Source: a virus
Taxonomy: Duplodnaviria; Caudoviricetes
Direction: 5' to 3' (one strand)
Length of the DNA: 59,532 nucleotides
IMG/VR virus record: IMGVR_UViG_3300030098_005108
Location: 1 to 59,532 of that record
Every line of letters begins with the position of its first letter. Positions within the stretch are counted from its first letter, which is position 1. Below the pieces are notes generated by a model. It was not told the DNA's origin, did not search any database, and was given only the letters and a program-made list of their open reading frames with translations. This document shows, one piece after another, positions 30,501 through 37,285 of the stretch. The position numbers were made by a program, and so were the translations under genes.

Positions 30501-30826
30501 ATGATGAGCCAGATACTAAAACTCTTAGAACGCTTAAAAAACTTTCTCATGATGTATTTATTACAACCGACCTAAGAAGGTTTGTAAATTACACTGCGGT
30601 TCCATCATCTTTTAGTACATTTAAGAATGCTAATAAAATGATCTATGAGGCCGTGAGAGACGATAAGGTTAAGCGTACTGGACCTTATGGTAAAGCGGGA
30701 TCATCACAAGCAATTAAAACTATGAGGTATGAAGTCTCTCCATTTGCAGAGGCTAAAAAAGATTTAGCTAATCTATTATATGAGGGTCCTTCTGAGAAAA
30801 AGGAAACTAGTTCTTTAATTAGATAA
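18581..30826 (+). CDS. Virion RNA polymerase polyprotein (two-barrel RNAP + zincin domain), 4081 aa
   Basis: GTRVP (26303-26317) followed by WGADLDGD (DLDGD at 26435-26449) mirrors beta-prime R-P...ADFDGD; HEAGH at 22421-22435; hydrophobic Gly-rich N-terminal region. Confidence 0.85.
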   Translation: MADNDYTSGLNDILGNLSKPTPIPQSPEQDIKNLYEGEMQSTPSGLGGLIENSIQSNTINDIAFDQYAQGVAAGQMGDAMYAGLDAERYGPAPQQQITDPNAMIGSTGQRVARGLKAGWGDLVSGTGDTIDWISAAIKPGEGDLTTSVGSYLKKVGTEYQNENALILAEDLQEIEWHDMFDGEFWSSKMSRLVPYALSFILPSGVGAVGATRMLGRFGPTMLKSMKESGKFGRMSRGGGKGIGGVDISKAGRAGFKGQAGSGVLGQIGIDLGKQGYKPTKLLRNTTAFIGAGTAGNLAEGAYLSGEAYQEMINEVDENGQPMFTPQEAAHHAAGVMVDNAAWIGVDAMQYALLFGGLGRGVMGRLLKSTVTKKPFGENMKALTGMLARRAADTPVAATYLSAEALTEGFQEVFQEWAKYAEIQEAKGEDWDSWTTWMKEAPLGENAMLRDVFWSSFGLGAVMGGARGYYDAYAERKKKLDDKIDGWNNIIELAKEGERNPRIYQKKYGEAIDNSLADTVWDYYGDGSVAMAMIDNYVKDKLMTEELAEERKSLIENMEKMYEKHTINSGLTEAGAKQAFRVEVVLSDLNRQESALKERYQGWIKQQKEIFKNDKDKLNKILEQGEIEFKGEYRAPVEDEVSLETIRFQKDQFNQRLEDIYARRLDQAPVAKSTGKRDARFKKEGLDQEKYEKWTQEGEKQKQEREKAEAEAKAKEKTGIFETVKDLGGKAVEGVKSLFGKAKESQAWKDVAEATKGIATKSWAAMGEALKKGAEKRTESMARRMVIEEGKKRVNRTNYSKAIEEIKNGKINSAKQILKQGVIVDKNDIENIKDLYNVDDAGANAIINKILDNDIKNIEAKLKENPNLTGEELKELIIKEMTSEKGKEAISSILNKVKERFKKKDTKKTEEETIDVEYEDVTEKTLTEKEYLEKLKKDRKKDGSIVTILDENSFKTEIFKKGKLIKKENIDDIKVGDAIMNKQGTSFVVIEIKEDPTVMGGKIFKSRQALMTQELKMKQGIYLAERVSEKITSKKSQADVKKKDQPRVVPKTEQYQKTEASLEKGARQIKKADIQKGTGPNYFIKTPEGETIQYRDFDNISDKYVLDEGANVELRLRKPIKGQEGVVEVDGKLYFQFDNLLYETEIEVVINGEVVGKVAQRDYKAKEPTKKAKKKDTRKIDQLIGAVKESKEKIKKYFTRAQKDIPDYNPESLTIDPLYRHGTGIEARTIVEDIVQKRFPGSKGFVAYTALTDDFGQEASSLAIGSTIFINENSVKQSDIIHEAGHIYYNLMGDTPLMKKIKKLLPKSELYQKTKKDYPELTLMKFKDLNMTLGLIYREIFKNTNKEYDSFPDLVDIANNIAAAEKAGDSARVNDLFVSLRTQLKINGGKDVRVDRQKHLLEETFTRTLESFSYGTVDAVVKGSAAQKQLEKDLIQFYKETKKLATEEEARKLLDLSVDNIASLDLEAAMKHILLDFNSADRTVPYIMNSAYGPINKANKKILRNTASYSAVSFYISENIQLEDNEQIVKNVMQLIADDSALTLDNKDVKDLEQYIHSIIIQLKDNKNLKEADRILDERLSGIGLGGKHKEGENVKEASEETDRDKEKLRVLPTTTTNFIKKIVEYYNRDKDEKSMISSKKILSAIMSLAKETKNNPYSFIIEMRKSLNPNIQNMVMTMDQIYSQVEGLTNPKRYTNAKLVELKGPIEGINIEVLAHNVLSIGDNGQRAWYRNLSTNMTIEKKVLDSILKGLEDNTQKEKDIAEVYNNLFDDTNYLQSIKDKKKVYRRNDIIARNNSAEKILNILFDLENGEFINKDVLLNNQIMFNGKKQFIHNILFDHTIQKQFTTDKGKTIKLKKPNIILKNKDIFTVFDTRNDQKKFTHKGVNDYQAKGVFRDKQIEIRNIVTQGLVMSRAENYITMIDNVEQDGVSVLNKDNGFWSRTKNVFEVANSGVKFGEKDLINPEHNIFVAMAQLQGKEEGKNYLNPFNITVHSGMMRYFEKDTHGLKNKEGLARKANDVNPNELTVGDFFMFLSRYNEGKRNNEKTIYYDQPIAVFADKSRRYYIQSIIAHDAKSRKALLSRIAKNPAYKNKDKNKYKLGDEVFPYKIKNNRLVGEDMNTLIKNWRDYMQKNRELFLNNKDLKKVLDSKRQPTNEVLEAFLTSYIANKFMAQQLFVHDHRQSDNEIDYIKRAAGAIAGHTNFDRNTSVEFFVTNDYYVAKDDKTIFTEEGAKVEFGENWKKEVAVENDAMGYVLPKQAELIRAKYGDSQKVGSVFKFVYHYTELDGPLKDRTTYMKFAVHTLTKEMEDSSPYLKNLGEALRERTKNVRKASKENGKGVGNLIIGASKSAAKLYAGEQRFIHDITSIDNMEEMFDKQDEIYKDAEGYRGLSGEGFGIQLELDKQTDERFFPSQLFYNLLNNITEENRESVARMLQLREKVMKANNEKRNSSIIEVGENKNIFKERDSFKSSVTADIYDILVESSYDNLHPMYPYLNAPHNAVATGRITHKGTKMYTKGSIGYQSSSIGMGLRSYQKGLYKGQANEYIKNEDIVVSEAIVPGYLKDDGVKVGDLFIGTRVPAHGKVSSSVFIVKGFHKQVEGSPNSNVTIPAWVSKFWGADLDGDSIHMNFRWTNEEVAKREWKKDSNEFFDRYVALVSQKEKEKEIKADIDFVGPAKNAIELRDKIYGVPKTSKESQLTPEGDGKMFEDNVPAKHLVGRIAALMRTFNVFSNSQDRLPVKISIKNKEGVVEHDKFFDNPSLENNIGNWYGVAQLLNIALDNAKYQYASQLGMNQESIFSYVLLRRLGYSLNDLTLMFNAPFVKKYLEYKRAKSKNYISKDSDIMEMFADKNSEFKKNDFADFMEENQMIPDIKSIIKNERVDIDINNITNKDQQQKIIELIYILDNYDSVLVSPFSKAFTVHQTIEKNPLELNKIHSAIETIINNTINGQRNTILGWGGEYLNYELENNTINNPIVTHGVGLFKTMLDRAEQTDIRYSPYIRRILEGKSKEVLNNLGESKSEVINQVIANNIRKQSGLINRVVKKPMLIKEFKELKENTRENYFLDSIIQISEDEKNIVINRQTITDFTSYKTIQQAKDAFADLSETSQDLIFEIEYLFNLFGYKGGAGQASSFVPFFDDKYVERINDGMNKVIEHNKTAFAELNNEGVSQELLDAIEDVQKRKAGLDSLSAKKERDIASKDNNNIYPNPIKKPKKVITADTSYNNDHLGGGVEFMSFPKWAADKGIDISKIEEDSNTFRILTQNYSKYKDHLRLVREFEATLEKKPLSKYTMEGLYDEARKFRKMDNSATKGIAYTIEKEIGQRAFQEQAKYLRDVGASKGYEYNIPGVDGVAQDDLTNFQAWLGSNNMTSKRPEIQYLINEAQKEYRKYMRSFKEHKNLIEEKNNALKRSKLKGLSILERVRKGFDSNARYQYIYGNIATVENGNVRLFTPEEIVENGVELTRQEEEYYATYKAVAEILLGSEGGETIVPGMQMGTSESMARSGLFGLYSSSIDSYDYNRVKVYGIDANGDRALKTFYEWKYDVYKGRTGKLKLKSGREIFELDKLRRKAKELKAKGKHEDNSRIILSDVEYDALVNNGAMLKRMIGYDKVSDIDAELIQEYERRKGVRAQNISYDINTTLLEFTRSHIFQHGEGLYKLEDGRPVEREDRFTGMGKVAILTDSIIGFNKNLDNKNAVRYLTGWWKEGFLEKKQQVGIFGKTGDKVIDTFVRLTSLRLLGFNMSIGIGNTLAGKYQELRKRGGKQFIKGEARYWKNLFSSRDILKKYRIIEYSFDEFMHLSERKGTWGKIERWSYMFMDGTESYIQGAAFLGELTDEEFRTGEISEERVMHINHKISTLHGEGYTALDASLLSMYSYGRALLQFKKWFITLIGDRFKAEDIDRFGDVNIGSYRASSEFITDLFRKYFAGGITKKEIIDIYNNSSEKRKREMRNHVAGIGIGVTLLSLIAIMEDDDEPDTKTLRTLKKLSHDVFITTDLRRFVNYTAVPSSFSTFKNANKMIYEAVRDDKVKRTGPYGKAGSSQAIKTMRYEVSPFAEAKKDLANLLYEGPSEKKETSSLIR

Positions 30827-30837
30827 TTAAAATTGAT

Positions 30838-30845
30838 TATATTTG
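30838..30845 (+). promoter_or_regulatory. Bacteroidota -7 promoter element
   Basis: TATATTTG upstream of the ATG at 30860. Confidence 0.6.
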
Positions 30846-30859
30846 TAAAAATTTAAAAC

Positions 30860-31234
30860 ATGAACGTAAACGACTTATTTAAAGCATCTTTTGGTCAGTT
30901 TGGATCTGTATATTTAAATGGAGATGGGGCTAAATTAGATTTAAATGCAGCTAATGCTACTAGATTTGTTATAGCTATACAATTTATGGAAGACACTACA
31001 TTTGAGGATATACAAACTTTAGATGGTTTAGTAGGATCTATTACAGATGTAAGTGCAGAACTAGACGTAGGAGGGGCGTTTGGAGCCGTAACTAATGAGT
31101 CTACTACTTCAGATCAAGAAACAATTACAACATCGCATACATTTCCAAAGGGAATTACAATATATGGAAAATGGGATTATATAGAATTAAATGGAGGCTC
31201 TTGTGTATGTTACTTAGCCCCAGTAGGATATTAA
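30860..31234 (+). CDS. Small virion protein, paralogue 1 (possible fibre adaptor)
   Basis: Shares FGQ-GSV, AI-F--DTT and TFPKG-TI-G-W with 31258. Confidence 0.6.
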   Translation: MNVNDLFKASFGQFGSVYLNGDGAKLDLNAANATRFVIAIQFMEDTTFEDIQTLDGLVGSITDVSAELDVGGAFGAVTNESTTSDQETITTSHTFPKGITIYGKWDYIELNGGSCVCYLAPVGY

Positions 31235-31257
31235 TATTAATTTAAAATTAAAATAAA

Positions 31258-31617
31258 ATGGCAAACGTAGACGATTTAGTGAAGAAAGGTTTTGGGCAAC
31301 TAGGATCTGTATTCTCAGATGCCGATGGGGCAATTACACCTCCAACTAATAAAGTATTTGTAGCTATAACATTTTTATCAGATACTACCCTAGACTCTTC
31401 TGGAGGATTAGTTGCTGATACAAATTATAGAAGCTGTGAATTTATTGGCACAAATGCTGCTGCTCATGATGCCGCTTCAGCAACTGTAACTTCTGGTACG
31501 GGAGGTGATCAGGTAGATGTAAGTAACACTTTCCCTAAGGGTGTAACTATTTTTGGTAGATGGACATCTATCAATATAGGAACTCCAGGCAGTCTTATCG
31601 CATATATAGGAGAATAA
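31258..31617 (+). CDS. Small virion protein, paralogue 2
   Basis: Tandem duplicate of 30860 by shared motifs. Confidence 0.6.
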   Translation: MANVDDLVKKGFGQLGSVFSDADGAITPPTNKVFVAITFLSDTTLDSSGGLVADTNYRSCEFIGTNAAAHDAASATVTSGTGGDQVDVSNTFPKGVTIFGRWTSINIGTPGSLIAYIGE

Positions 31618-32615
31618 TGTTAATCTTAGGAGCTAATTTAATATCTAGCGCAGGAGTAAGCGCAAAAAAAAGTGAATTTTCACTTCTCTTTGATGGCGAT
31701 GATCAGTATATAAAAACTGGCGGGGATAGCTCAACAAAACCTGTTAACGCAGTAACAGTATCCGCTTGGGTTAATATGGATACTGCTGACGGTGGTTATG
31801 GTTGGCCAAATCCAGATGGTAATAATGATCACATGCAAGTTATTGTAGGTTGTATTGCTAGTGGTGGTTATGCGCTTGGTATACAGTATGGCGGTACTGC
31901 TAATAATCCATTAACATATGTATTTGCAAATGCAAATGTAGATGACAATGGAACTGGTTTGGCGGGTAAATATTTTACTAATACTTTTTACAACAGACAT
32001 AGTCCTTATGAACAAAAGGCTGACTCTACAGCCGCAGATTTAAACGCGTCATCTGATGCCACGGCTGATGGGCCAGCTGTTGGAGCTGCTGGTTGTACTT
32101 GGGGCGGTTATACATCTAGCGTTGGTGGTTATACACTGCACAATATAAGAAACCTAACAGGATGGAATCATCTAGCAATGACTTATGATGGAACCAATGG
32201 TATAATGAAGTTATATATTAACGGGTCATTAAAAAGAATAGCTGACACTGAAGTTGGTAGTGAAGGGACCCCTAATGAGATGAATTACCATAGTAATTCC
32301 GCTATGGAAGTAATGATTGGTGCTGACGTTGGAAGTGTTCCTTCTGGTGGTGCTGATTTTATGGATGGACTAATAGATGATGTAGCTATATGGGATGCAG
32401 CTATAGATGCTGATGGAATAGCAGAAATTTATAATAATGGGGCTGCAGGAACTAATTTAACTAGTGCTGTTGGAGATTACGATAATCAAGATGACTTGCA
32501 AGGGTGGTGGAAAATAGAAGAGGGAACTGGAACATCAGTGGCAGATTCATCATCAAATTCTAACACAGGAACACTAGTTAATACGCCAACATGGTCAACA
32601 AATACAGCAGGATAA
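31617..32615 (+). CDS. LamG/concanavalin A-like domain receptor-binding protein
   Basis: SLLFDG-DQY, TVSAWV, WNHLAMTYDG, LYING, GLIDDVAIW, GWWKIEEGTG; start moved to the TAATG overlap at 31617 (MLILGANL). Confidence 0.8.
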   Translation: MLILGANLISSAGVSAKKSEFSLLFDGDDQYIKTGGDSSTKPVNAVTVSAWVNMDTADGGYGWPNPDGNNDHMQVIVGCIASGGYALGIQYGGTANNPLTYVFANANVDDNGTGLAGKYFTNTFYNRHSPYEQKADSTAADLNASSDATADGPAVGAAGCTWGGYTSSVGGYTLHNIRNLTGWNHLAMTYDGTNGIMKLYINGSLKRIADTEVGSEGTPNEMNYHSNSAMEVMIGADVGSVPSGGADFMDGLIDDVAIWDAAIDADGIAEIYNNGAAGTNLTSAVGDYDNQDDLQGWWKIEEGTGTSVADSSSNSNTGTLVNTPTWSTNTAG

Positions 32616-32616
32616 T

Positions 32617-32838
32617 ATGAATTATGTAATACTAACAGCATCAGAAGTATCAAGTATAGATTTTTCTAAAGTATTAGAAGATTCTGCAAATACACTTAGA
32701 TATAACAATGACAATACAAAAACATTTGTAAAGTTTAAAGGCGATACTCCATCTTTTCTAAACGACAAAACAATTTTAAATAAAACTGAAATGTTTTCTG
32801 AACTTAAAAAAGAAGAATGGAAATCTATACAAGAATAG
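32617..32838 (+). CDS. Small protein accompanying the LamG fibre
   Basis: 73 aa, starts 1 nt after the LamG stop; IDFSKV-E-S--TLRY motif. Confidence 0.6.
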   Translation: MNYVILTASEVSSIDFSKVLEDSANTLRYNNDNTKTFVKFKGDTPSFLNDKTILNKTEMFSELKKEEWKSIQE

Positions 32839-32841
32839 CAA

Positions 32842-33006
32842 ATGGGGTTTATACAGAAATTAGCTAAAAAAAGCGATAGAGTTAAAACTAAATCAAAAGC
32901 AAAAAAAGTTAAGCCTGTATCTTGCAATTGTGAATTTAAATATAAAACAGCAAAAATCCCAAAGCTTACATGGAGATATGTTTTAACTTTAAAAAATTGG
33001 AAATAA
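32842..33006 (+). CDS. Small basic protein (54 aa; not in ORF track)
   Basis: MGFIQKLAKKSDRVKTK...CNC...WK; fills the gap between flanking genes. Confidence 0.5.
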   Translation: MGFIQKLAKKSDRVKTKSKAKKVKPVSCNCEFKYKTAKIPKLTWRYVLTLKNWK

Positions 33007-33007
33007 A

Positions 33008-34069
33008 ATGTTAGGATTGGGATCTTCTTTAAATAAAGGCGAAACCCCTAGTGGATTTGGTCCAGATCAATTTGTAATGAAAATTACAACAAATATGGGT
33101 GGTGACTATCCTTACGATGGCGTTAGTAACAATAGCGATTCAACTTCAATGAAATTTTATATGCCAAGAGTGGGTACAAGTACTAACAAAGGTCATATAG
33201 ATATTGATTGGGGAGACGGAAATACTGATACAGATGTTGTGGATACGATTACTCATGATTATGGTACGGCTGGTACATATACTATAATAATTACACCTGG
33301 AAGTTCGTATGTTAGAGGAACAGCAGCGGGTAATGTGGAGTTTCCTCCTTTAAATAGATGGCTTTTTGGAGGAGAATTTGATTGTAGAAAAGTAATAGAA
33401 ATATTAAATTGGGGTTGTTTTGGTAATAATAGCTCTTCTGTTTTTAATGGCTGCTCAAATATGACATGCTCGGCAACTGATGAGCCCTGGGACTTTACAT
33501 ATACAAATCGTAAACCTACAAACATGTCAGTTTACTTTAGGAATTGCTATTCATTTAATGGCACTATGTCTAATTGGGCAACATATACATCAACTGCAAA
33601 TAGACTTGACAGTTTCTTTTTTGGGTGCACTAGTTTTAATCAGCCCTTAACTGGATGGGACACTTCTAATGTTACTAGACTAAACCAAATGTTTCAAGCT
33701 GCAACAATTTTTAATCAATCATTGAGTCATTTTGATACTAGCAGCGTGACAACTATAAATAAAATGTTTAATGATAACACAGCTTTTGATCAAGATCTTG
33801 GGGGTTGGGATATAAGTAATGTAACTGATTTTGTTAACTTTATGAATAGCGGAGGGCAATCATGGTCTGCGACTAATTATAATGCAACTTTAATAGGCTG
33901 GGCAGCCCAAACGGTATCACAAAATGAATCTATCAGTTTTGGCGCTGCAGATACTTTAGATGGAGATGTTGGTGCGGTAAGTAACAGTAGCAATGGTGAG
34001 GATGCTAAAAACTCTTTAATAGCTGATGATGGTTGGACGATAACTGATGGTGATGGAACTGAAACATAA
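33008..34069 (+). CDS. PKD-like + DUF285/BspA-type repeat receptor-binding protein
   Basis: IDWGDG...THDY---GTYTI (PKD-like); FNQPL-GWDTSNVT---MF repeats; MLGLGSSL N-terminus. Confidence 0.8.
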   Translation: MLGLGSSLNKGETPSGFGPDQFVMKITTNMGGDYPYDGVSNNSDSTSMKFYMPRVGTSTNKGHIDIDWGDGNTDTDVVDTITHDYGTAGTYTIIITPGSSYVRGTAAGNVEFPPLNRWLFGGEFDCRKVIEILNWGCFGNNSSSVFNGCSNMTCSATDEPWDFTYTNRKPTNMSVYFRNCYSFNGTMSNWATYTSTANRLDSFFFGCTSFNQPLTGWDTSNVTRLNQMFQAATIFNQSLSHFDTSSVTTINKMFNDNTAFDQDLGGWDISNVTDFVNFMNSGGQSWSATNYNATLIGWAAQTVSQNESISFGAADTLDGDVGAVSNSSNGEDAKNSLIADDGWTITDGDGTET

Positions 34070-34075
34070 AATATA

Positions 34076-34282
34076 ATGGGAAAATATAGAAAATTATCTA
34101 AACCTGAAGTAGAGACTTATGCTATTATATGGGATGATAATAGGCAAAATATAACAGGATATGCTGAAATTCAAACAAACCAGTCTTTACATTCATTAAA
34201 AACAGAAATAGATTATTATACAGATTATCATGAATGGAAAAATATATTGTCAAATAACGGGATAAATGTAGATGATGAATAA
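34076..34282 (+). CDS. Small protein accompanying the BspA-type fibre
   Basis: 68-aa co-oriented ORF. Confidence 0.55.
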   Translation: MGKYRKLSKPEVETYAIIWDDNRQNITGYAEIQTNQSLHSLKTEIDYYTDYHEWKNILSNNGINVDDE

Positions 34283-34297
34283 ATTAAATTTAATTAA

Positions 34298-35425
34298 ATG
34301 AAAAATATACTATATATAATATTTCTTTTTTTAGCATCTTGCACAATTCCAAAAAAATGTTGTGCTCAAATTAATTATTTAAATTATTTAAAAGATGTTG
34401 ATTTAGAGGAAAATTTAAAAAAACATTTAAAGTTTTCTACAGTTTATGGGGCTATTAATGGAGGGACCTCTGTGTCAGATGTTAAAAATTTCTCTATTAC
34501 TTCTGGGCAGTTACAAGAAGAAATAATAAAAACGCCTTATGATTATTCTTTTACTGTTGGAATAAGAAAAATAGCTAGATTTGGATATGAGAATAAGGCG
34601 CAAACTTTTTACGATGGAACTGAATCTAATTATACGGACGCGGCAACTGTAGGTAAGGTACAAGGATTTGAATATTTATTTGAAGTAGATTACGCAAGAC
34701 AACAAGGCGTGGACTTTATAGATCAACATCACTTTATTAGATACAGTTCCGATGATGACTGTAATGGTCCTTTATGTGTAGATCATTTTGCGGCTAAAGT
34801 AGAATATGTAAAAGATGGTTTTGCCGATGTAGAATATTTTGAATTATCAGAAAGATATAGAATGAAAAGGAATGCTAATTTAGCATTCAGTATAGGCCTT
34901 GCTCATAGATTAGCAGAGCCTTATGGCTATAATCCACTAGAAGAATGGATCTTGGATAATGGAAGTATACATTACACTTACTTAGCAATACAAGAGGGTT
35001 ACAGTATTGATGTTGAAAAGAGTGAGTATAAAGATCCAAGTGGAGCTATAGTCGCAACTAATCCAGAAGTCTGGAAAGAAGTAGTAATTCCCCAAGTCAT
35101 ATCTGACTATACTATTAAGAAAAGAGATCAATTATCCAAACAAATACAACATTCTGTTATAATAGGATTTGACTACTATAAATATACAAAGAGTAAATGG
35201 CTGCATGCTTGGGGTAATATACTTCCTTATCATTATAATGATGGTAGCGAATTTTCATATCACAACTTTAACAATGGAAAACAATGGTACGATTATTCAG
35301 GAGGATTAATTTATGGAATAAAAGTAAACAGAAGCTTAGGGTATTTTGTAGAAGCAAAATATAATAAGTATTGGAACAGAGAGTGGTATGATTTTAAACT
35401 TGGCGTAAATTACGTCATATTTTAG
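34298..35425 (+). CDS. Putative outer-membrane beta-barrel protein
   Basis: Signal peptide (LASC lipobox or CCA|Q); alternating amphipathic strands; C-terminal FKLGVNYVIF resembles a BAM beta-signal. Confidence 0.65.
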   Translation: MKNILYIIFLFLASCTIPKKCCAQINYLNYLKDVDLEENLKKHLKFSTVYGAINGGTSVSDVKNFSITSGQLQEEIIKTPYDYSFTVGIRKIARFGYENKAQTFYDGTESNYTDAATVGKVQGFEYLFEVDYARQQGVDFIDQHHFIRYSSDDDCNGPLCVDHFAAKVEYVKDGFADVEYFELSERYRMKRNANLAFSIGLAHRLAEPYGYNPLEEWILDNGSIHYTYLAIQEGYSIDVEKSEYKDPSGAIVATNPEVWKEVVIPQVISDYTIKKRDQLSKQIQHSVIIGFDYYKYTKSKWLHAWGNILPYHYNDGSEFSYHNFNNGKQWYDYSGGLIYGIKVNRSLGYFVEAKYNKYWNREWYDFKLGVNYVIF

Positions 35426-35448
35426 TATTAATTTAAATAAATAAAAAA

Positions 35449-35859
35449 ATGAAAAAAATATTTTTAACAACATTAACAACTTGTTTATGCTTATTTGCAT
35501 CAGCACAATTTTCAGTAATATCTTCTATTAATATACCAGAGGAGGGAGAGGAGTTTTCTGTAAATAGCATAACAGATAATATGGGTGCTGGCTATCAAAT
35601 AAATGATAAAATAATGGCTGGTGTAGTAAAAAATGGTGAAAATTATGATGTCTTTGGAAGATATTATTTTGAAAATATATACGTATCTTTACAATCACCA
35701 ACAGAAGAGATGTCTGAAAACATGAATATAGGTGCTGGATACTCTTATAATATTTGGGATAAATTATATATAGAGCCAAACTATTCTATGCCGATGAAGG
35801 AAGATGAAAACGGAGAAAGAGAAGGAAAGTTCGTTATAGGAATAGCTTATAAACTTTAA
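35449..35859 (+). CDS. Small outer-membrane beta-barrel protein
   Basis: Signal peptide ASA|Q; GAGY strands; YIEPNY; ends FVIGIAYKL. Confidence 0.7.
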   Translation: MKKIFLTTLTTCLCLFASAQFSVISSINIPEEGEEFSVNSITDNMGAGYQINDKIMAGVVKNGENYDVFGRYYFENIYVSLQSPTEEMSENMNIGAGYSYNIWDKLYIEPNYSMPMKEDENGEREGKFVIGIAYKL

Positions 35860-35869
35860 AATAGACAAT

Positions 35870-36238
35870 ATGTATACATATAATATTGAATTACTAAGAG
35901 TTGTTGATGGAGATACTATTGACGCTAAAATAGATCTAGGGTTTGATGTTAGTGTAAAAAAAAGAGTGAGATTTATGGGGGTTAATACCCCCGAATCTCG
36001 CACTAGAGATTTAGAAGAAAAAGCTAGAGGCTTAGCTGCCAAAGATAGAGTTAAGCAATTACTAAAAGGAAGCGATACAATTCAGCTTGTATCACATGGG
36101 GTAGGTAAATATGGAAGATGTTTAGGAGAATTAAATATAGATGTAGTAGATGGTAAAAAGAATTTAACATTAGTGAGTGTAAATGAATTATTAATTAAAG
36201 AAGGCCATGCGGTAGAATATCATGGCGGTAAAAGATAA
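35870..36238 (+). CDS. Thermonuclease (SNase)-family nuclease
   Basis: RVVDGDT, VR--GVNTPE, GKYGR-L, VNELLI-EG-A motifs. Confidence 0.9.
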   Translation: MYTYNIELLRVVDGDTIDAKIDLGFDVSVKKRVRFMGVNTPESRTRDLEEKARGLAAKDRVKQLLKGSDTIQLVSHGVGKYGRCLGELNIDVVDGKKNLTLVSVNELLIKEGHAVEYHGGKR

Positions 36239-36243
36239 AATAT

Positions 36244-36414
36244 ATGAATTGGATAAATAGTTGGAAACAAGGAAATAAAAAAGAAAAATACGAAATTACT
36301 TTAAGGTTAGGAAAACTAACTTTATTTGAATTAAAAGCATGTTTATTTTGTGAAACAGGCTGTTCTAAAAAAAGAGTTAGATTAATTATATTAAATTTTG
36401 GTTTTGAGGCGTAA
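36244..36414 (+). CDS. Small hypothetical protein (56 aa; not in ORF track)
   Basis: MNWINSW...CLFCETGC...LNFGFEA; TAATG-coupled to 36414. Confidence 0.55.
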   Translation: MNWINSWKQGNKKEKYEITLRLGKLTLFELKACLFCETGCSKKRVRLIILNFGFEA

Positions 36415-36647
36415 TGACAATGAAAGACGACATAGCGCTAATGGAACATAGAATGAATTCAATGGAAGATAAATTAGATAAAATGGATGCTAAGTTAGAT
36501 ATGTTAACTGAAAAATTACTTGACCCAGATCACGGAGTAACAGCAAGAGTAAACAGAAATACGTCTTATCGTAAAATTATGAGCAAAGCTTTATGGGCTA
36601 TATATATAGTTACGATAGGCTTGGTTATTAAGATGTTTTGGGAATAA
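36414..36647 (+). CDS. Coiled-coil protein with C-terminal TM helix (XhlA-like topology)
   Basis: Heptad repeats followed by ALWAIYIVTIGLVI. Confidence 0.55.
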   Translation: MTMKDDIALMEHRMNSMEDKLDKMDAKLDMLTEKLLDPDHGVTARVNRNTSYRKIMSKALWAIYIVTIGLVIKMFWE

Positions 36648-36928
36648 TGGCAAAAGAATTAAACGAAGATACTAGTTTTAAAATAAGTTTAAAAACTTTA
36701 GCTGGAATAGCGGTTCTTATATTTACTATTGTAGGAATGTGGTTTGCATTACAAGCGGACATAGAAGAGGCTAGGCAGCTTCCTGAGCCGCCACCACAAG
36801 ATGTTACTAGAATGGAGTTTGATATGAAAGATCAGATGATACGTAATACCATTATGGAAACCAAAAAAGATGTAGAAGAGATGAAAGAGTCTCTTGAAAA
36901 AATAGAAGATAAACTATATAATAGATGA
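36647..36928 (+). CDS. Inner-membrane-anchored coiled-coil protein
   Basis: N-terminal TM helix, Pro linker, coiled coil; start moved to the TAATG overlap at 36647. Confidence 0.6.
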   Translation: MAKELNEDTSFKISLKTLAGIAVLIFTIVGMWFALQADIEEARQLPEPPPQDVTRMEFDMKDQMIRNTIMETKKDVEEMKESLEKIEDKLYNR

Positions 36929-37284
36929 AAGAAGAAATTACATGGAGGATGTATAGTATGTATTTTTTAATTATAGTTTTAATTTTACTGTGTAGCGGGG
37001 CGTTTGCTCAGATTCAAGTAACTCAATTTAATGCTGGTTGGAATTCTGCAAACGAAGTTCCTTGGGTACACAAACTTACTGAATGTAATACAATTTCTTA
37101 TGTTGACGTAAGTAAGCAGGCAGAGATGGCAAAGAAACATAAAATAGCAGTTGTTCCTACAATTATAATATTTAAAGATAATATTGAAGTGGCTAGATTT
37201 CAAGCTGATCTTAGTTTTAAAATGGTAGCAACAAGAGAAGAAGTACAAGAAGAAATAGATAATCAATTAATGAGCGATTTTTAA
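36925..37284 (+). CDS. Secreted thioredoxin-fold protein lacking CxxC
   Basis: Signal peptide AFA|Q; FNAGWN in place of F-A-WCxxC; YVDV...I-VVPTIIIFK...E-ARF cis-Pro strand. Confidence 0.7.
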   Translation: MKEEITWRMYSMYFLIIVLILLCSGAFAQIQVTQFNAGWNSANEVPWVHKLTECNTISYVDVSKQAEMAKKHKIAVVPTIIIFKDNIEVARFQADLSFKMVATREEVQEEIDNQLMSDF

Positions 37285-37285
37285 T

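Noticed and set aside
18581-30826. N4-type single-subunit (T7-like) virion RNAP, or an intein-inflated gene
   Set aside because: The R-P...DxDGD arrangement indicates a two-barrel enzyme; no intein splice-junction or LAGLIDADG motifs were recognised
33008-34069. Diversity-generating retroelement targeting the BspA-type or other fibre genes
   Set aside because: No reverse transcriptase and no template/variable repeat pair visible in the window
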